From an uncultured Planctomycetota bacterium (GTDB lineage: Bacteria; Planctomycetota; Planctomycetia; Isosphaerales; Isosphaeraceae), in NCBI GenBank assembly GCA_963823665.1, contig CAWGMQ010000006.1, forward strand, positions 800,001 to 864,000: DNA of 64,000 bases, in the 5' to 3' direction. Each line of letters begins with the position of its first letter. Positions within the stretch are counted from its first letter, which is position 1. The notes under the pieces are model-generated. The model saw only the letters and a program-made list of their open reading frames with translations, was not told where the DNA came from and searched no databases. Positions 19,833 through 28,820 of this stretch are shown here, one piece after another. The position numbers and the translations under genes were made by a program.

Positions 19833-21284
19833 TCAGCCGCGGGCGGTTCCCACTAGCTCCGGCCGTGCTTGACCTGCCGGCAGGGGGGCGGAGCGCGGGA
19901 TCCTGCGACGGACCCGAGGCAGGGTTTCCTCGATCAGCTCGGACCATCGCATGCAGCAAAGGCGTTGTTCGTAGTGGGCGATGAAAGCTGTGCGGGCGCG
20001 CTCACCCATGCGACGGGCGAGGCTTGGGTCCGAGGCCAAAAGCTCGAGCGATTGAACGAGCGCGCCAGCATCGCCGGAGGGGAGTGTGAAGCCGCACCCA
20101 GCATGGCGAATCGTGTCCGCGGGCTCGCAGTGCTCGGGACCGATGAAGATGATCGGCCGGCCGGCGGCCATCGCGCCGTAGAGCTTGCCGGGCACGACGA
20201 TACCGTTCATTTCGGGCCGCATCGAGATGAGGTGCACGTCGGCGAGCGAGAGCGATGCGTGCAGCCAGTCGCGCGGCACCGGATCGAGCAAGCGGATGTT
20301 GGTGAGGCCTTGGGAATCCCGGGCCGCTTCGACCTGGCCTTTCCGCGGGCCGTCACCGATGAAGAGGAAGACGATATCCGAGCGCTCTCGCAACCGGCGG
20401 GCTGCCTCGAGAAACTCGTCAAAGCTGTGGGCAAGCCCCAGGTTGCCCGAGTACATGGCGACGAACGATCCCTCGAGACCGAGCGACTTGCGGAGTGGGT
20501 TTGCGTCGCGGGGCAGCGGGTAGATCTCGTCGCGCCGGCTCCAGACCGGGATCGTGACGATTCGCTCGGCGGCGACCTGCTTGAGCGCGATGCGGTCGGC
20601 CATATAGGGGCCGAGCACGACGACCTGATCGGCGCGGCGGTAGACCGCGCGGCTGAGGGCGTACATCAAGCGGCCGAACGCGCTGCGGGGCGACATCCGG
20701 CCCAGCGCCATGCTGGCGTCGGGATGAAGATCCATGCTCCACACGATGTGTCGGCAGCCGCGGAGGTGCTTGAGAATCGTGCCGATGAGTCCGATGATCG
20801 GCGGCGTGGTGAGCGTGACGACCACGTCGAATCTCGGCAGGCGAAGAGCCTTGACTGCCGCGCCGGAATAGAAGCTGAGATAATCTGTCATGCGGGCCCA
20901 GGTACCGCGACGGCCGAGCGAGGTTGCGGGCACGCGGTGGATGTGGACGCCTTCGTGAATTTCGAAGGCGGGGGGCCGGGGCTCGCCTGGTTTGTAGCGG
21001 CCCTGGGAGGCCAGCACGTGGCTCTCGAATCCCTTCTCGGCGAGAAATTCCGCCAGGTCGGTCAGGTGCTGAGCGGTCGATGCGTGGTCCGGCCAGTAGT
21101 ACTGATTGACGAAGAGGATCCGGGCCCGCGGTCCGGGCTCGGACGGAACGCCCGGCGGCGAGACCGCGATCTGGGGCGGGTCGAGACCGATCCAGCTCGC
21201 CGTCAAGGTGGGATGACCGGGGCGTCGTGCCGCGGCTCTGTCCAGGGGGATGCCTTGCCGCAGCCACCGGCGATTGTTCACCAT
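19833..21284 (-). CDS. Glycosyltransferase family 4 (WcaI-like)
   Basis: RILFVNQYYWPD, MYSGNLGLAH, VPGKLYGAMAAGRP. Confidence 0.9.
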   Translation of the reverse strand: MVNNRRWLRQGIPLDRAAARRPGHPTLTASWIGLDPPQIAVSPPGVPSEPGPRARILFVNQYYWPDHASTAQHLTDLAEFLAEKGFESHVLASQGRYKPGEPRPPAFEIHEGVHIHRVPATSLGRRGTWARMTDYLSFYSGAAVKALRLPRFDVVVTLTTPPIIGLIGTILKHLRGCRHIVWSMDLHPDASMALGRMSPRSAFGRLMYALSRAVYRRADQVVVLGPYMADRIALKQVAAERIVTIPVWSRRDEIYPLPRDANPLRKSLGLEGSFVAMYSGNLGLAHSFDEFLEAARRLRERSDIVFLFIGDGPRKGQVEAARDSQGLTNIRLLDPVPRDWLHASLSLADVHLISMRPEMNGIVVPGKLYGAMAAGRPIIFIGPEHCEPADTIRHAGCGFTLPSGDAGALVQSLELLASDPSLARRMGERARTAFIAHYEQRLCCMRWSELIEETLPRVRRRIPRSAPLPAGQARPELVGTARG

Positions 21285-22220
21285 ATTCGTCCGCCCGGAC
21301 CTCGCTCCAGGCCCTCATCCTTGCAGGATCAATCCATTGTGTCGCTGGGGCGGCGGGCGATCCGCACATCCATTGCTGTGGGAGAAATCCCATGGGAATT
21401 CTCCTCGTTCGCCCGGGAGGTGGACACTATTGTCCAAGTGCCCTGGTCTGTCAACGGCACTCTTCGGGTTCGCGTGAGGCGCGTGGGCTCTGGCCCAACT
21501 TGAATGAACCGCGTGGGTGCGGGAGTCGCGCCGAGCTTTTTTGCCGACTCTCTAGCCGGGGCGCGCGCAAACTGGGGGTTTCGATCGAAGTCGTCGTTGC
21601 ATCCGGTGCGAGCCGACTGAAAATCCCAGGTTTTCTGGTCGACGAAGTGGCCGAATCGCAAAAGTTGGTCCATAACATATGTAGCTGGGTTCTCGATCGC
21701 CGACACCGGAGTCCGCGGGAGGCACACGGGGGACACTGGTTCAAGGGGACCAAGAGCCGTTGGGAGTCGAACGCAGTGTTGAACGACACAGAGGTGAGCT
21801 TGGGTGGACTGTGGCGCTCCTGTTGCCAGCAATCCGATTGCAGACGGTGGCCCGGCCAGTGCCACGCTTCGCAGCATTCAGAATGCGGCCGATTTACACT
21901 AATGTACGGATGCTTGAAGGCCCCCGTAGTATTGCCACTTTTTGCCATTTTTTCGACGGGTTCGATGATTGCTTCCGGTGGAGTGCGTACTCCGCAAGTT
22001 TAACAGGTGTAAGCGAATCGGAACAGAGCGAGGGCGTTGTTCGACGACGGTAAAGTTCGTGGCAACGTGCCACCGAAATTGCCATCACCAATTGTCGGTA
22101 TTGTTCACTATGTGTTTCGCTTGCTTCTTTCACGGCACTCGAAGCGAGGTACGCGACGGATCGACGTGGCGTAGGCACGCGAAAACTCGACAAAACGACG
22201 GTGCCAAAGAAGAAGTGAAT

Positions 22221-22456
22221 GTTCCGAAAATTCGATCGTCACGCCATAACTTTAGTTGCTGCCTGATTTTACTGCCGAAATCGCCATGGTTCCGAAAATT
22301 CGATCGTCACGCCATAACTTTAGTCACTGCCTGATTTTACTGCCGAAATCGCCATGGTTCCGAATAATATTCGATCGTCACGCCATAACTTTAGTCACTG
22401 CCTGATTTTACTGCCGAAATCGCCCTGGTTCCGAATATTCAATCGTCACGCCATAA
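22221..22456. repeat. Non-coding 68-bp tandem repeat, about 3.4 units
   Basis: Units start at 22221, 22289, 22357 (71 bp) and 22428 (partial); unit gttccgaaaattcgatcgtcacgccataactttagtcactgcctgattttactgccgaaatcgccatg. Confidence 0.95.
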
Positions 22457-22601
22457 ATACAGGGCGAATAGTTGGTTACGACGATGAATCCCGGGATCCG
22501 GTTAGTCCAGCGTCACAGAGGGGGGGAGAAGTTCAAGTTCCACTCTCGGTGGGGGTGCGTGATCTCTGCTGCTGACCGTGCGAGTTTTCAACAGAGCAGG
22601 C

Positions 22602-23252
22602 TCACCCCCCGGTCTGCGGGGCGGCCTGTCGCGGGGGTAGGATATCGGAAACGGCGATCCAGCCGACTGCGTGCCCGTCGATCACGACGGGTACAGACTG
22701 CCCCTCGGGAATGACTTCGGTCGAACGGTAGCCGAGCGGGCTCGTCTCGGTGTAGACCTCGACCTGGCGATGGATCAAGTTGACGATCCAGTAGACCGGG
22801 ATCCCGGCGGGCCCGTAGACTTCGGTGGCCAGCTTGCGGTCGACCGCGAGGCTCGAATCGGCGATCTCCACGATGACGGCGATCTCGCCCGGGCCCGGGT
22901 GGTGATCCGCGTAATCGAAGAGCGTCCCTCGGGCAATGCAGCGATCGGTCTCAGGCTCGCTGTCCCGGCCGGGGAGCCGGACCGGCTTCGCCGCACGGGC
23001 GTGGTACCGGTCGGCCGGCAGGATACGGACCAGGGCTGTGCCGAGCGCCTCGTCGGCGACGGCATGCGGGGGATTCTGGGTCATCTTGGCCACCAGATAC
23101 CCGTTGATGAGATGGAACCGGTTGCGCGATTCGAGGACGCCCGATTCCACCATCGCCTCGTATTGCTCCACGGTCATGCGGTAGAGCGGCGATGGGATCC
23201 ATCCCGGCTCGGGGGCCGGGATCGTCGGTTGACTGGGCGCAACCGCGGACAT
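22602..23252 (-). CDS. Uma2 (DUF820) family endonuclease
   Basis: YRMTVEQYEAMVESGVL, LINGYLVAKMTQNPPH, VEIADSSLAVDR, AGIPVYWIVNL. Confidence 0.9.
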   Translation of the reverse strand: MSAVAPSQPTIPAPEPGWIPSPLYRMTVEQYEAMVESGVLESRNRFHLINGYLVAKMTQNPPHAVADEALGTALVRILPADRYHARAAKPVRLPGRDSEPETDRCIARGTLFDYADHHPGPGEIAVIVEIADSSLAVDRKLATEVYGPAGIPVYWIVNLIHRQVEVYTETSPLGYRSTEVIPEGQSVPVVIDGHAVGWIAVSDILPPRQAAPQTGG

Positions 23253-23461
23253 CGGAATGGCTCCTCCCGATCCGTCTGGAGTGCGATAGGTATTCCCGGA
23301 CGGCGCATCCATTCTAACGTGCCGCCGCGCGCGGGCCAACGCCACGCGGGCCGGTCGGGAGCGTGCCTTGAGAGGGCGCGAGGGGAAAGACGGGCTGGTC
23401 AGCGATTAACGGGTTCCTGAACTCCATGGTGACAGGCGAAGGCCTTCGAACTATGCTGGGC

Positions 23462-23517
23462 GCGCTTGCTTTCGGCTGCGAAGAGAGGCAAGCGCCCTTT
23501 CGCGGAGCGAAAGGCGC
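23462..23517. repeat. Paired hairpins (REP-like) in the glmS leader
   Basis: gcgcttgc...gcaagcgc followed by cctttcgc-gga-gcgaaagg. Confidence 0.5.
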
Positions 23518-23538
23518 CTTTCAAGAGGTACCGAGCCT

Positions 23539-25380
23539 ATGTGCGGGATCGTGGGATACACGGGGGGGCACGAGGCTCAGCCGATACTCGTCGCGGGATT
23601 GCGGCGGCTTGAGTATCGGGGATATGACAGCGCCGGGCTGGCGACAATCGATGGCGAAAAGCTCTGTGTACGAAAATGCGCAGGACGCGTTCGCAAGCTC
23701 GAGGAGCTGCTGGAACGGGAGCATGGGCCCGGGCACTGCGGGATCAGTCACACGCGGTGGGCCACACATGGCCCAGCTACGGACCGCAACGCCCATCCAC
23801 ACACAGGCGGCCGCGCGAGTGCGGAGACGGTGGCCGTCGTGCACAACGGTGTCATCGAGAACCACGCGGGGCTGCGCCGGGAGCTGCAGTCGCAAGGCTT
23901 TGTTTTCGTGAGCGAAACCGACACCGAGGTCGTCGCGCACCTGATCGCGCGCGAGCTGGAATCGGGCTGCGACTTGTTTGACGCTCTTCAGCGGGCGCTG
24001 CCTCGACTCGAGGGAACGTATGGACTGGCCGTGGTCAGCCCCAAGCAACCAGACGTGATCGTGGGCGCGCGGTTTGGCAGTCCGCTTGTCGTGGGGCTGG
24101 GCGACGGCGAGCACTTGCTGGCGAGTGACGCGATGCCCATCTCGCCACACACGGCGAGGGTGGCATACCTTCAGGACGGCGAGGTGGTCCGGCTCACACC
24201 TCGCGACTTCGAGATCCGCCATGTCGAGCATGGGCCGATCACGCCGCGGATCGATCGGATCGACTGGAAACCAGATGCGGTCGAGCTGGGCGGGCACGCC
24301 CACTACATGATGAAGGAGATTCGCGAGCAGCCGGATACCGTCATCGACGCCTGCCGCGGGCGGCTGCGCCGTGCCGAGGCGACGGCCCAGTTCGGGGGGC
24401 TGAACATGAGCGCGCGGCGGCTGAGACGGGTGCGCCGCATCGTGTTCGCGGCGTGCGGGACAAGCTGGCATGCCGCGCTCGTGGGGGAGTATCTGATCGA
24501 GCGGCTGGCGCACGTGCCGGTCGAGGTCGAGTTTGCCAGTGAGTTTCGTTATCGCAATGCACCGCTCGAGGAACAGACACTGGTGTTCGTGCTTTCCCAG
24601 TCGGGAGAAACCGCGGACACGCTGGGCGCCCTGCGCGAAGCCAAGCGCCGGGGGCATCCGACGCTGGCGATCGTGAACACGGTGGGCAGCACGATCGCCC
24701 GCGAAGCCGAGGGGGGCATCTATCTTCACGCCGGGCCGGAGGTCGGGGTGGCGAGCACCAAGGCGTTCTCGGCGCAGGTGACGGTGCTGCTTTTACTGGC
24801 GCTGCACCTCGCGAGGCTCAAGCATCTTTCGTTCCAGGACGGGATGGCGGTGGTCGAGGCAATCGAGTCGATTCCCTCGCTGCTGGGCGAGGTTTTGAAG
24901 ACGGAGGCCCTGATCGAAGAGGCGGCGCGGCTGGTCGCCGGGTCGAAAAGCGCGCTTTATCTCGGGCGAGACGTGCACTATCCGGTGGCGCTCGAGGGCG
25001 CGCTCAAGCTCAAGGAAATCAGCTACATTCACGCGGCGGGCTATCCGACAGCCGAGATGAAACACGGGCCGATTGCGCTGGTTGACGAGACGACGCCGTG
25101 CATCTTCGTGGCGCCCGATGGCCCGCTGCATGCGAAGACACTCTCGAATATCGAGGAAGTCCGGGCCCGTCACGGCCGCATCATTTCTGTGGGCACGCGC
25201 GGCGATTCGGCGATTGAGTCCGTCTCGGAGTTGTTCCTGCCGATTCCGAGTGCGCCCGAGATCATTCAGCCGCTCTTGGCGGTGGTGCCTCTTCAGTTGC
25301 TGGCTTATCACGTGGCGCTTCAACTCGGACGCGATATCGACAAGCCGCGCAACCTGGCCAAGAGCGTGACCGTGGAGTGA
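23539..25380 (+). CDS. glmS: Glutamine--fructose-6-phosphate transaminase
   Basis: N-terminal MCGIVG, LEYRGYDSAG, HTRWATHG, SQSGETADT and C-terminal PRNLAKSVTVE. Confidence 0.98.
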   Translation: MCGIVGYTGGHEAQPILVAGLRRLEYRGYDSAGLATIDGEKLCVRKCAGRVRKLEELLEREHGPGHCGISHTRWATHGPATDRNAHPHTGGRASAETVAVVHNGVIENHAGLRRELQSQGFVFVSETDTEVVAHLIARELESGCDLFDALQRALPRLEGTYGLAVVSPKQPDVIVGARFGSPLVVGLGDGEHLLASDAMPISPHTARVAYLQDGEVVRLTPRDFEIRHVEHGPITPRIDRIDWKPDAVELGGHAHYMMKEIREQPDTVIDACRGRLRRAEATAQFGGLNMSARRLRRVRRIVFAACGTSWHAALVGEYLIERLAHVPVEVEFASEFRYRNAPLEEQTLVFVLSQSGETADTLGALREAKRRGHPTLAIVNTVGSTIAREAEGGIYLHAGPEVGVASTKAFSAQVTVLLLLALHLARLKHLSFQDGMAVVEAIESIPSLLGEVLKTEALIEEAARLVAGSKSALYLGRDVHYPVALEGALKLKEISYIHAAGYPTAEMKHGPIALVDETTPCIFVAPDGPLHAKTLSNIEEVRARHGRIISVGTRGDSAIESVSELFLPIPSAPEIIQPLLAVVPLQLLAYHVALQLGRDIDKPRNLAKSVTVE

Positions 25381-25386
25381 CAACGA

Positions 25387-25418
25387 AGAAACCCCGCGTC
25401 AGTTGACGCGGGGTTTCT
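25387..25418. terminator. Probable bidirectional intrinsic terminator
   Basis: agaaaccccgcgtca-gt-tgacgcggggtttct: a long perfect hairpin between convergent genes. Confidence 0.8.
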
Positions 25419-25460
25419 GAATGAACGAGAGGCTACCGCAGGTTGCGCGGTCGCGTCGAA

Positions 25461-26129
25461 TCAGTTGTTGCGCGGGCGGGGGGGAGCCGGCGTGTAAGCG
25501 AACGGAGCGCCGATCATCTCTTTCCACGTCTTTTGCTGTTCGTCGTTGAGCTTGGCGACGACCTTGGTCAGGGTTTCCTTGTTGTGCTCCGCGAGCTTCT
25601 TCATGGTTCCCTCGCGGTCATCCGCGAAACCCTGGCGAATCTCACGCGCGGCCTCATTGGCCTCGTCGGTGATCGTCTTGATTTCGCCTTTCTGGGCGTC
25701 GGTGATGTTCAGCTTCTTGGCGACCTCGGGATCAGCAAAAGCCATCGCACCGCGGACCTGGTAGGAGCACTGATGGAGCCGGGCGATTTGCTCCGGCTTC
25801 AAGAACTCAGCGAGGGCCTTGGTCGTCGAATCGTTGACCTCCTTCATCACCACCTGGTTTTTCTTTGCCCGCTCTTCCTTCTCGAGGTCTTTGGTTTCCG
25901 CGAAAGCGGCCATCATTTTCTCGCGGTTCTTGTCGGCGATCTCCTTCGCCTTGGCGACCTGCGTGTCGTCCATCTTCAGTTCTTTCTGGACGCTCTCATT
26001 GCCGATGAGACCGGAGATGCCGCCGCCGCCGCCCATGCCGAAGCCGCCGCGCCCGCCTTGGGCTAGCGCCGGGCCCGCCAATAGCGCGACCAATCCTAAA
26101 CCGACCACACCTCGTAGCATTGCTCTCAT
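25461..26129 (-). CDS. Exported helical protein (Spy/CpxP LTXXQ-like repeats)
   Basis: AGGAG RBS, signal peptide ending ALA-Q, Gly-rich linker, repeats VQKELKMDDTQ / LKPEQ / LNITDAQK / LNDEQ. Confidence 0.75.
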   Translation of the reverse strand: MRAMLRGVVGLGLVALLAGPALAQGGRGGFGMGGGGGISGLIGNESVQKELKMDDTQVAKAKEIADKNREKMMAAFAETKDLEKEERAKKNQVVMKEVNDSTTKALAEFLKPEQIARLHQCSYQVRGAMAFADPEVAKKLNITDAQKGEIKTITDEANEAAREIRQGFADDREGTMKKLAEHNKETLTKVVAKLNDEQQKTWKEMIGAPFAYTPAPPRPRNN

Positions 26130-26374
26130 GGTTGCCGACTCCTGGGTGTTGAAACGGAAATGGGGTTCGATCTGTGGCCATCCCGCCATGAGTGCGCCCA
26201 TGCTTGAGCGGCAGTGGCGGGATTTCCTGTATCAAAGCTGTTGATGCGACTGACTAAATGAGCGTCAACGAATGGTGCTTGGACCGGCTTTTCGCGAATA
26301 AGGAGCACGATTTCCGGAATCGTGAAACGGGGTGACGAAGGGCGAAGAGGCACACGAGCTGACGCACGTTCCGG

Positions 26375-26963
26375 CTATTTCGCGTCTTCTTCTTCAATGA
26401 GTTTGTAAAAGTCATCGTCGGCCGGTTGCTTCTTCGGCTTGGGGGCAGACGATTTGAAGTGCTCGGGAACGGCATCATCGAAATCGCCCTCGTCGGCGGA
26501 GACTCGCTCGATGACGTTGGGTGCTCTGGTTGCGCGCTTGGGGGCCTTGGCGTCGTCGGTGTCGAGACCGGCGAGCTCCATCAGCGAGTGGCGCTCGGCG
26601 CTCCTGGACAACTTCGATGTCGAGGTCTTTATGCGCATTCAAGAATGCTTCGGGGCCCGCGGCCTCGTACTCGATGGTGAACATGTGGCCGGCGATTCCC
26701 AGCTCTTCGTCGGGCATCAAGCTCTGTTCGCTCGCCAGGGCAGAGCCGTTGACCGTGGTGCCGTTGGTGCTGCCCAGGTCCTTGACCATCCAGAGCCCGT
26801 TCAAGAACCGGAGCGCGCAGTGCTTGCCGGAGATGTTCTCGTAGTCGAGCCGGATGTCGCAGCCGGGGCGGCGGCCCACGATCATCTCGGCTTTCGTGAG
26901 CGGGATGGGGTCACCACCGCCGACCGGTTGCAAGATTCCGATGATGCCGGGAAGAGGCCGCAT
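26375..26963 (-). CDS. FHA-domain protein; frameshift near 26600
   Basis: VGRRPGCDI...ISGKHC...DLGSTNGTTVNG in ORF 26475..26963; the acidic tail continues in ORF 26375..26638 (HSLMELAGLDTD...DDDFYKLIEEE). Confidence 0.85.
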
Positions 26964-27235
26964 TGATGTGTGCCCTCTCTGCAGATTGGGACTTGGTCTC
27001 TCGTGACGTTAGCAGAGCGACTCAAGGCGAAACCGCGAGGCATTTTACCAGATCACGAAAGCGGTTCTCAAGGGTTGTCTTTCAGTGGAAATCTCGAAAA
27101 CGATATTCCTCGCCCGGGGCTGGCGTTGGTACCGGCGTTTGTATAGCCTCGGTGATGTCACCCGGTGCGGCGGACGTGTCCCAGTGCCTGATTGCCCCGC
27201 CGGCCGTTGCGAAGAAACCTCTGGGGAGCGAATTC

Positions 27236-28117
27236 ATGACAAACGCACGATTGCCGCGATCCTGGAACCGGCGGGAAGTGCTGGGAGCGGGCTGTCTTCT
27301 GCTGGGGGGTGCCTTGCTTCCGGCGCGCGCCGCGGGGGACGACCGGGCGGTTCCGGATTCGCAGGACCCGTACCGCCCGTTCAAGATGGGGCTCCAGAGC
27401 TACTCCCTGCGCGGACTCAAGAGCGATGGAAAACCGGACCTCGCGAAGGCCCTCGCCGCGACCAAGGGGCTGGGACTGCATTACTGGGAGTCGTACACCG
27501 CCCACGTCCCGATGAACGATCCCAAGGCGCTCGAGAGCGCCAAGGCCGCCCTGGCCGACGCCGGGGTTTCGCTCGCCGCGTATGGTGTCGTTCACCTGGG
27601 TAGTGATGCAGACGCCAACCGGAAGATCTTCGAGTTTGCCAAGTCGGTCGGGCTCGAGTACGTCTCGGCCGACATCGATCCGGGCGCGTTCGACGCGGTC
27701 GACAAGCTGGTGGAAGAATTTGGAGTGGGCGTCGGCATCCACAACCACGGCCCGGGCCACCGCTACGCCAAGATCGAGACGATCAGCGACGCGATCAAGA
27801 ACCATCATCAAAAGATCGGCTGTTGCATCGACACGGGCCATTTCCTGCGTTCCCGCATCGACCCGGTGGACGCGGCGGAAGCCTTCGCCGGACGAACCTA
27901 CGGCGTGCATCTCAAGGACGTCAAGGATGCCAGGACCTTTACCGTCCTGGGCAAGGGAGACCTGCGCACCGTCGACTTCCTCAAAGTCCTCGCCAAGAAC
28001 AAATACAAGTACTGTCTGGCGATCGAGTACGAGGAAAGCGAGGACGATCCGGTCGCCGACATCAAGGAATGCCTGGCCGAGGCGGCAAAGGCCATTGCAC
28101 AGGTTCGACAAGCGTGA
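27236..28117 (+). CDS. Sugar-phosphate isomerase/epimerase (xylose-isomerase-like TIM barrel), Tat-type signal
   Basis: NRREVL twin-Arg motif, MGLQSYSLR, IHNHG, DTGHF, HLKD, IEYE. Confidence 0.85.
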   Translation: MTNARLPRSWNRREVLGAGCLLLGGALLPARAAGDDRAVPDSQDPYRPFKMGLQSYSLRGLKSDGKPDLAKALAATKGLGLHYWESYTAHVPMNDPKALESAKAALADAGVSLAAYGVVHLGSDADANRKIFEFAKSVGLEYVSADIDPGAFDAVDKLVEEFGVGVGIHNHGPGHRYAKIETISDAIKNHHQKIGCCIDTGHFLRSRIDPVDAAEAFAGRTYGVHLKDVKDARTFTVLGKGDLRTVDFLKVLAKNKYKYCLAIEYEESEDDPVADIKECLAEAAKAIAQVRQA

Positions 28118-28124
28118 AGGGACC

Positions 28125-28805
28125 ATGCCTGTTATGATCCCCCGCGTGCTCGAGCCTGAAGCCATGGAGACACCCGAGGCCGTGCGTCAATATGACGCAA
28201 TGGATCATAGGGCGGTCAACACCCGGTTCGTCCAGGATTTTCTCGCGGTCCACGGGCCGTGCCGGGGCGGAGACGTGCTCGACGTCGGCACCGGCACGGC
28301 TAGGATTCCGATCGCGCTGGCAAGCGCCGATCAAAAGGCCAGGGTGCTGGCTCTCGACCTCTCCGAAGCGATGCTTGCCCAGGCTGCGGTGAACATCGAG
28401 GCCGCGGGCTTTTCGGACCGGATTCGCTGCCATCTAGGTGATGCAAAATCGCTGATTCATGCATTCGGCGAAGGCTCGTTTGAGGGTGTGGTTTCGAACA
28501 CGATCATCCACCACATTCCCGATCCGGTGCCGGTGCTCGGCGAGATGGCCCGGCTGGTTGCCCCCGGTGGAACCTTGCTGGTGCGCGACCTGGTGCGGCC
28601 AGATTCATACGACGAGATTTTGCGCCTGGCCGACCTACACGCCGCTACGGAGACCCCGGCGGCCCGGGCGCTGTTTGAAGCGTCACTCGGCGCGGCGCTC
28701 ACGCTCGATGAGATTCGCGAGATCCTTCGTTCGCTGGGCCACGACGCCGGCCTGGTGTCCATGACCTCCGATCGCCACTGGACGTGGTGCTGGCGTCGTC
28801 CGTGA
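28125..28805 (+). CDS. Class I SAM-dependent methyltransferase
   Basis: VLDVGTGTA, DLSEAML, SNTIIHHIPDP, PGGTLLVRDL. Confidence 0.9.
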   Translation: MPVMIPRVLEPEAMETPEAVRQYDAMDHRAVNTRFVQDFLAVHGPCRGGDVLDVGTGTARIPIALASADQKARVLALDLSEAMLAQAAVNIEAAGFSDRIRCHLGDAKSLIHAFGEGSFEGVVSNTIIHHIPDPVPVLGEMARLVAPGGTLLVRDLVRPDSYDEILRLADLHAATETPAARALFEASLGAALTLDEIREILRSLGHDAGLVSMTSDRHWTWCWRRP

Positions 28806-28820
28806 GGATCTGACGGAATA

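Noticed and set aside
19869..21503. Long antisense ORFs (e.g. 19869..21503, 4847..6583, 4861..6573, 23521..24729, 53832..55292)
   Set aside because: Shadow frames of real genes, expected at high GC; no motifs.
22221..22456. CRISPR array
   Set aside because: Units are near-identical along their whole length, there are no unique spacers, and no cas genes are in the window.
21285..22601. Replication origin
   Set aside because: No convincing TTATCCACA DnaA boxes and no dnaA, dnaN or rep gene nearby.
23480..23538. glmS ribozyme (AGCGCC is present at 23491-23496)
   Set aside because: The downstream core (GACGAGG etc.) is absent and only about 45 nt remain before the ATG, which is too short.
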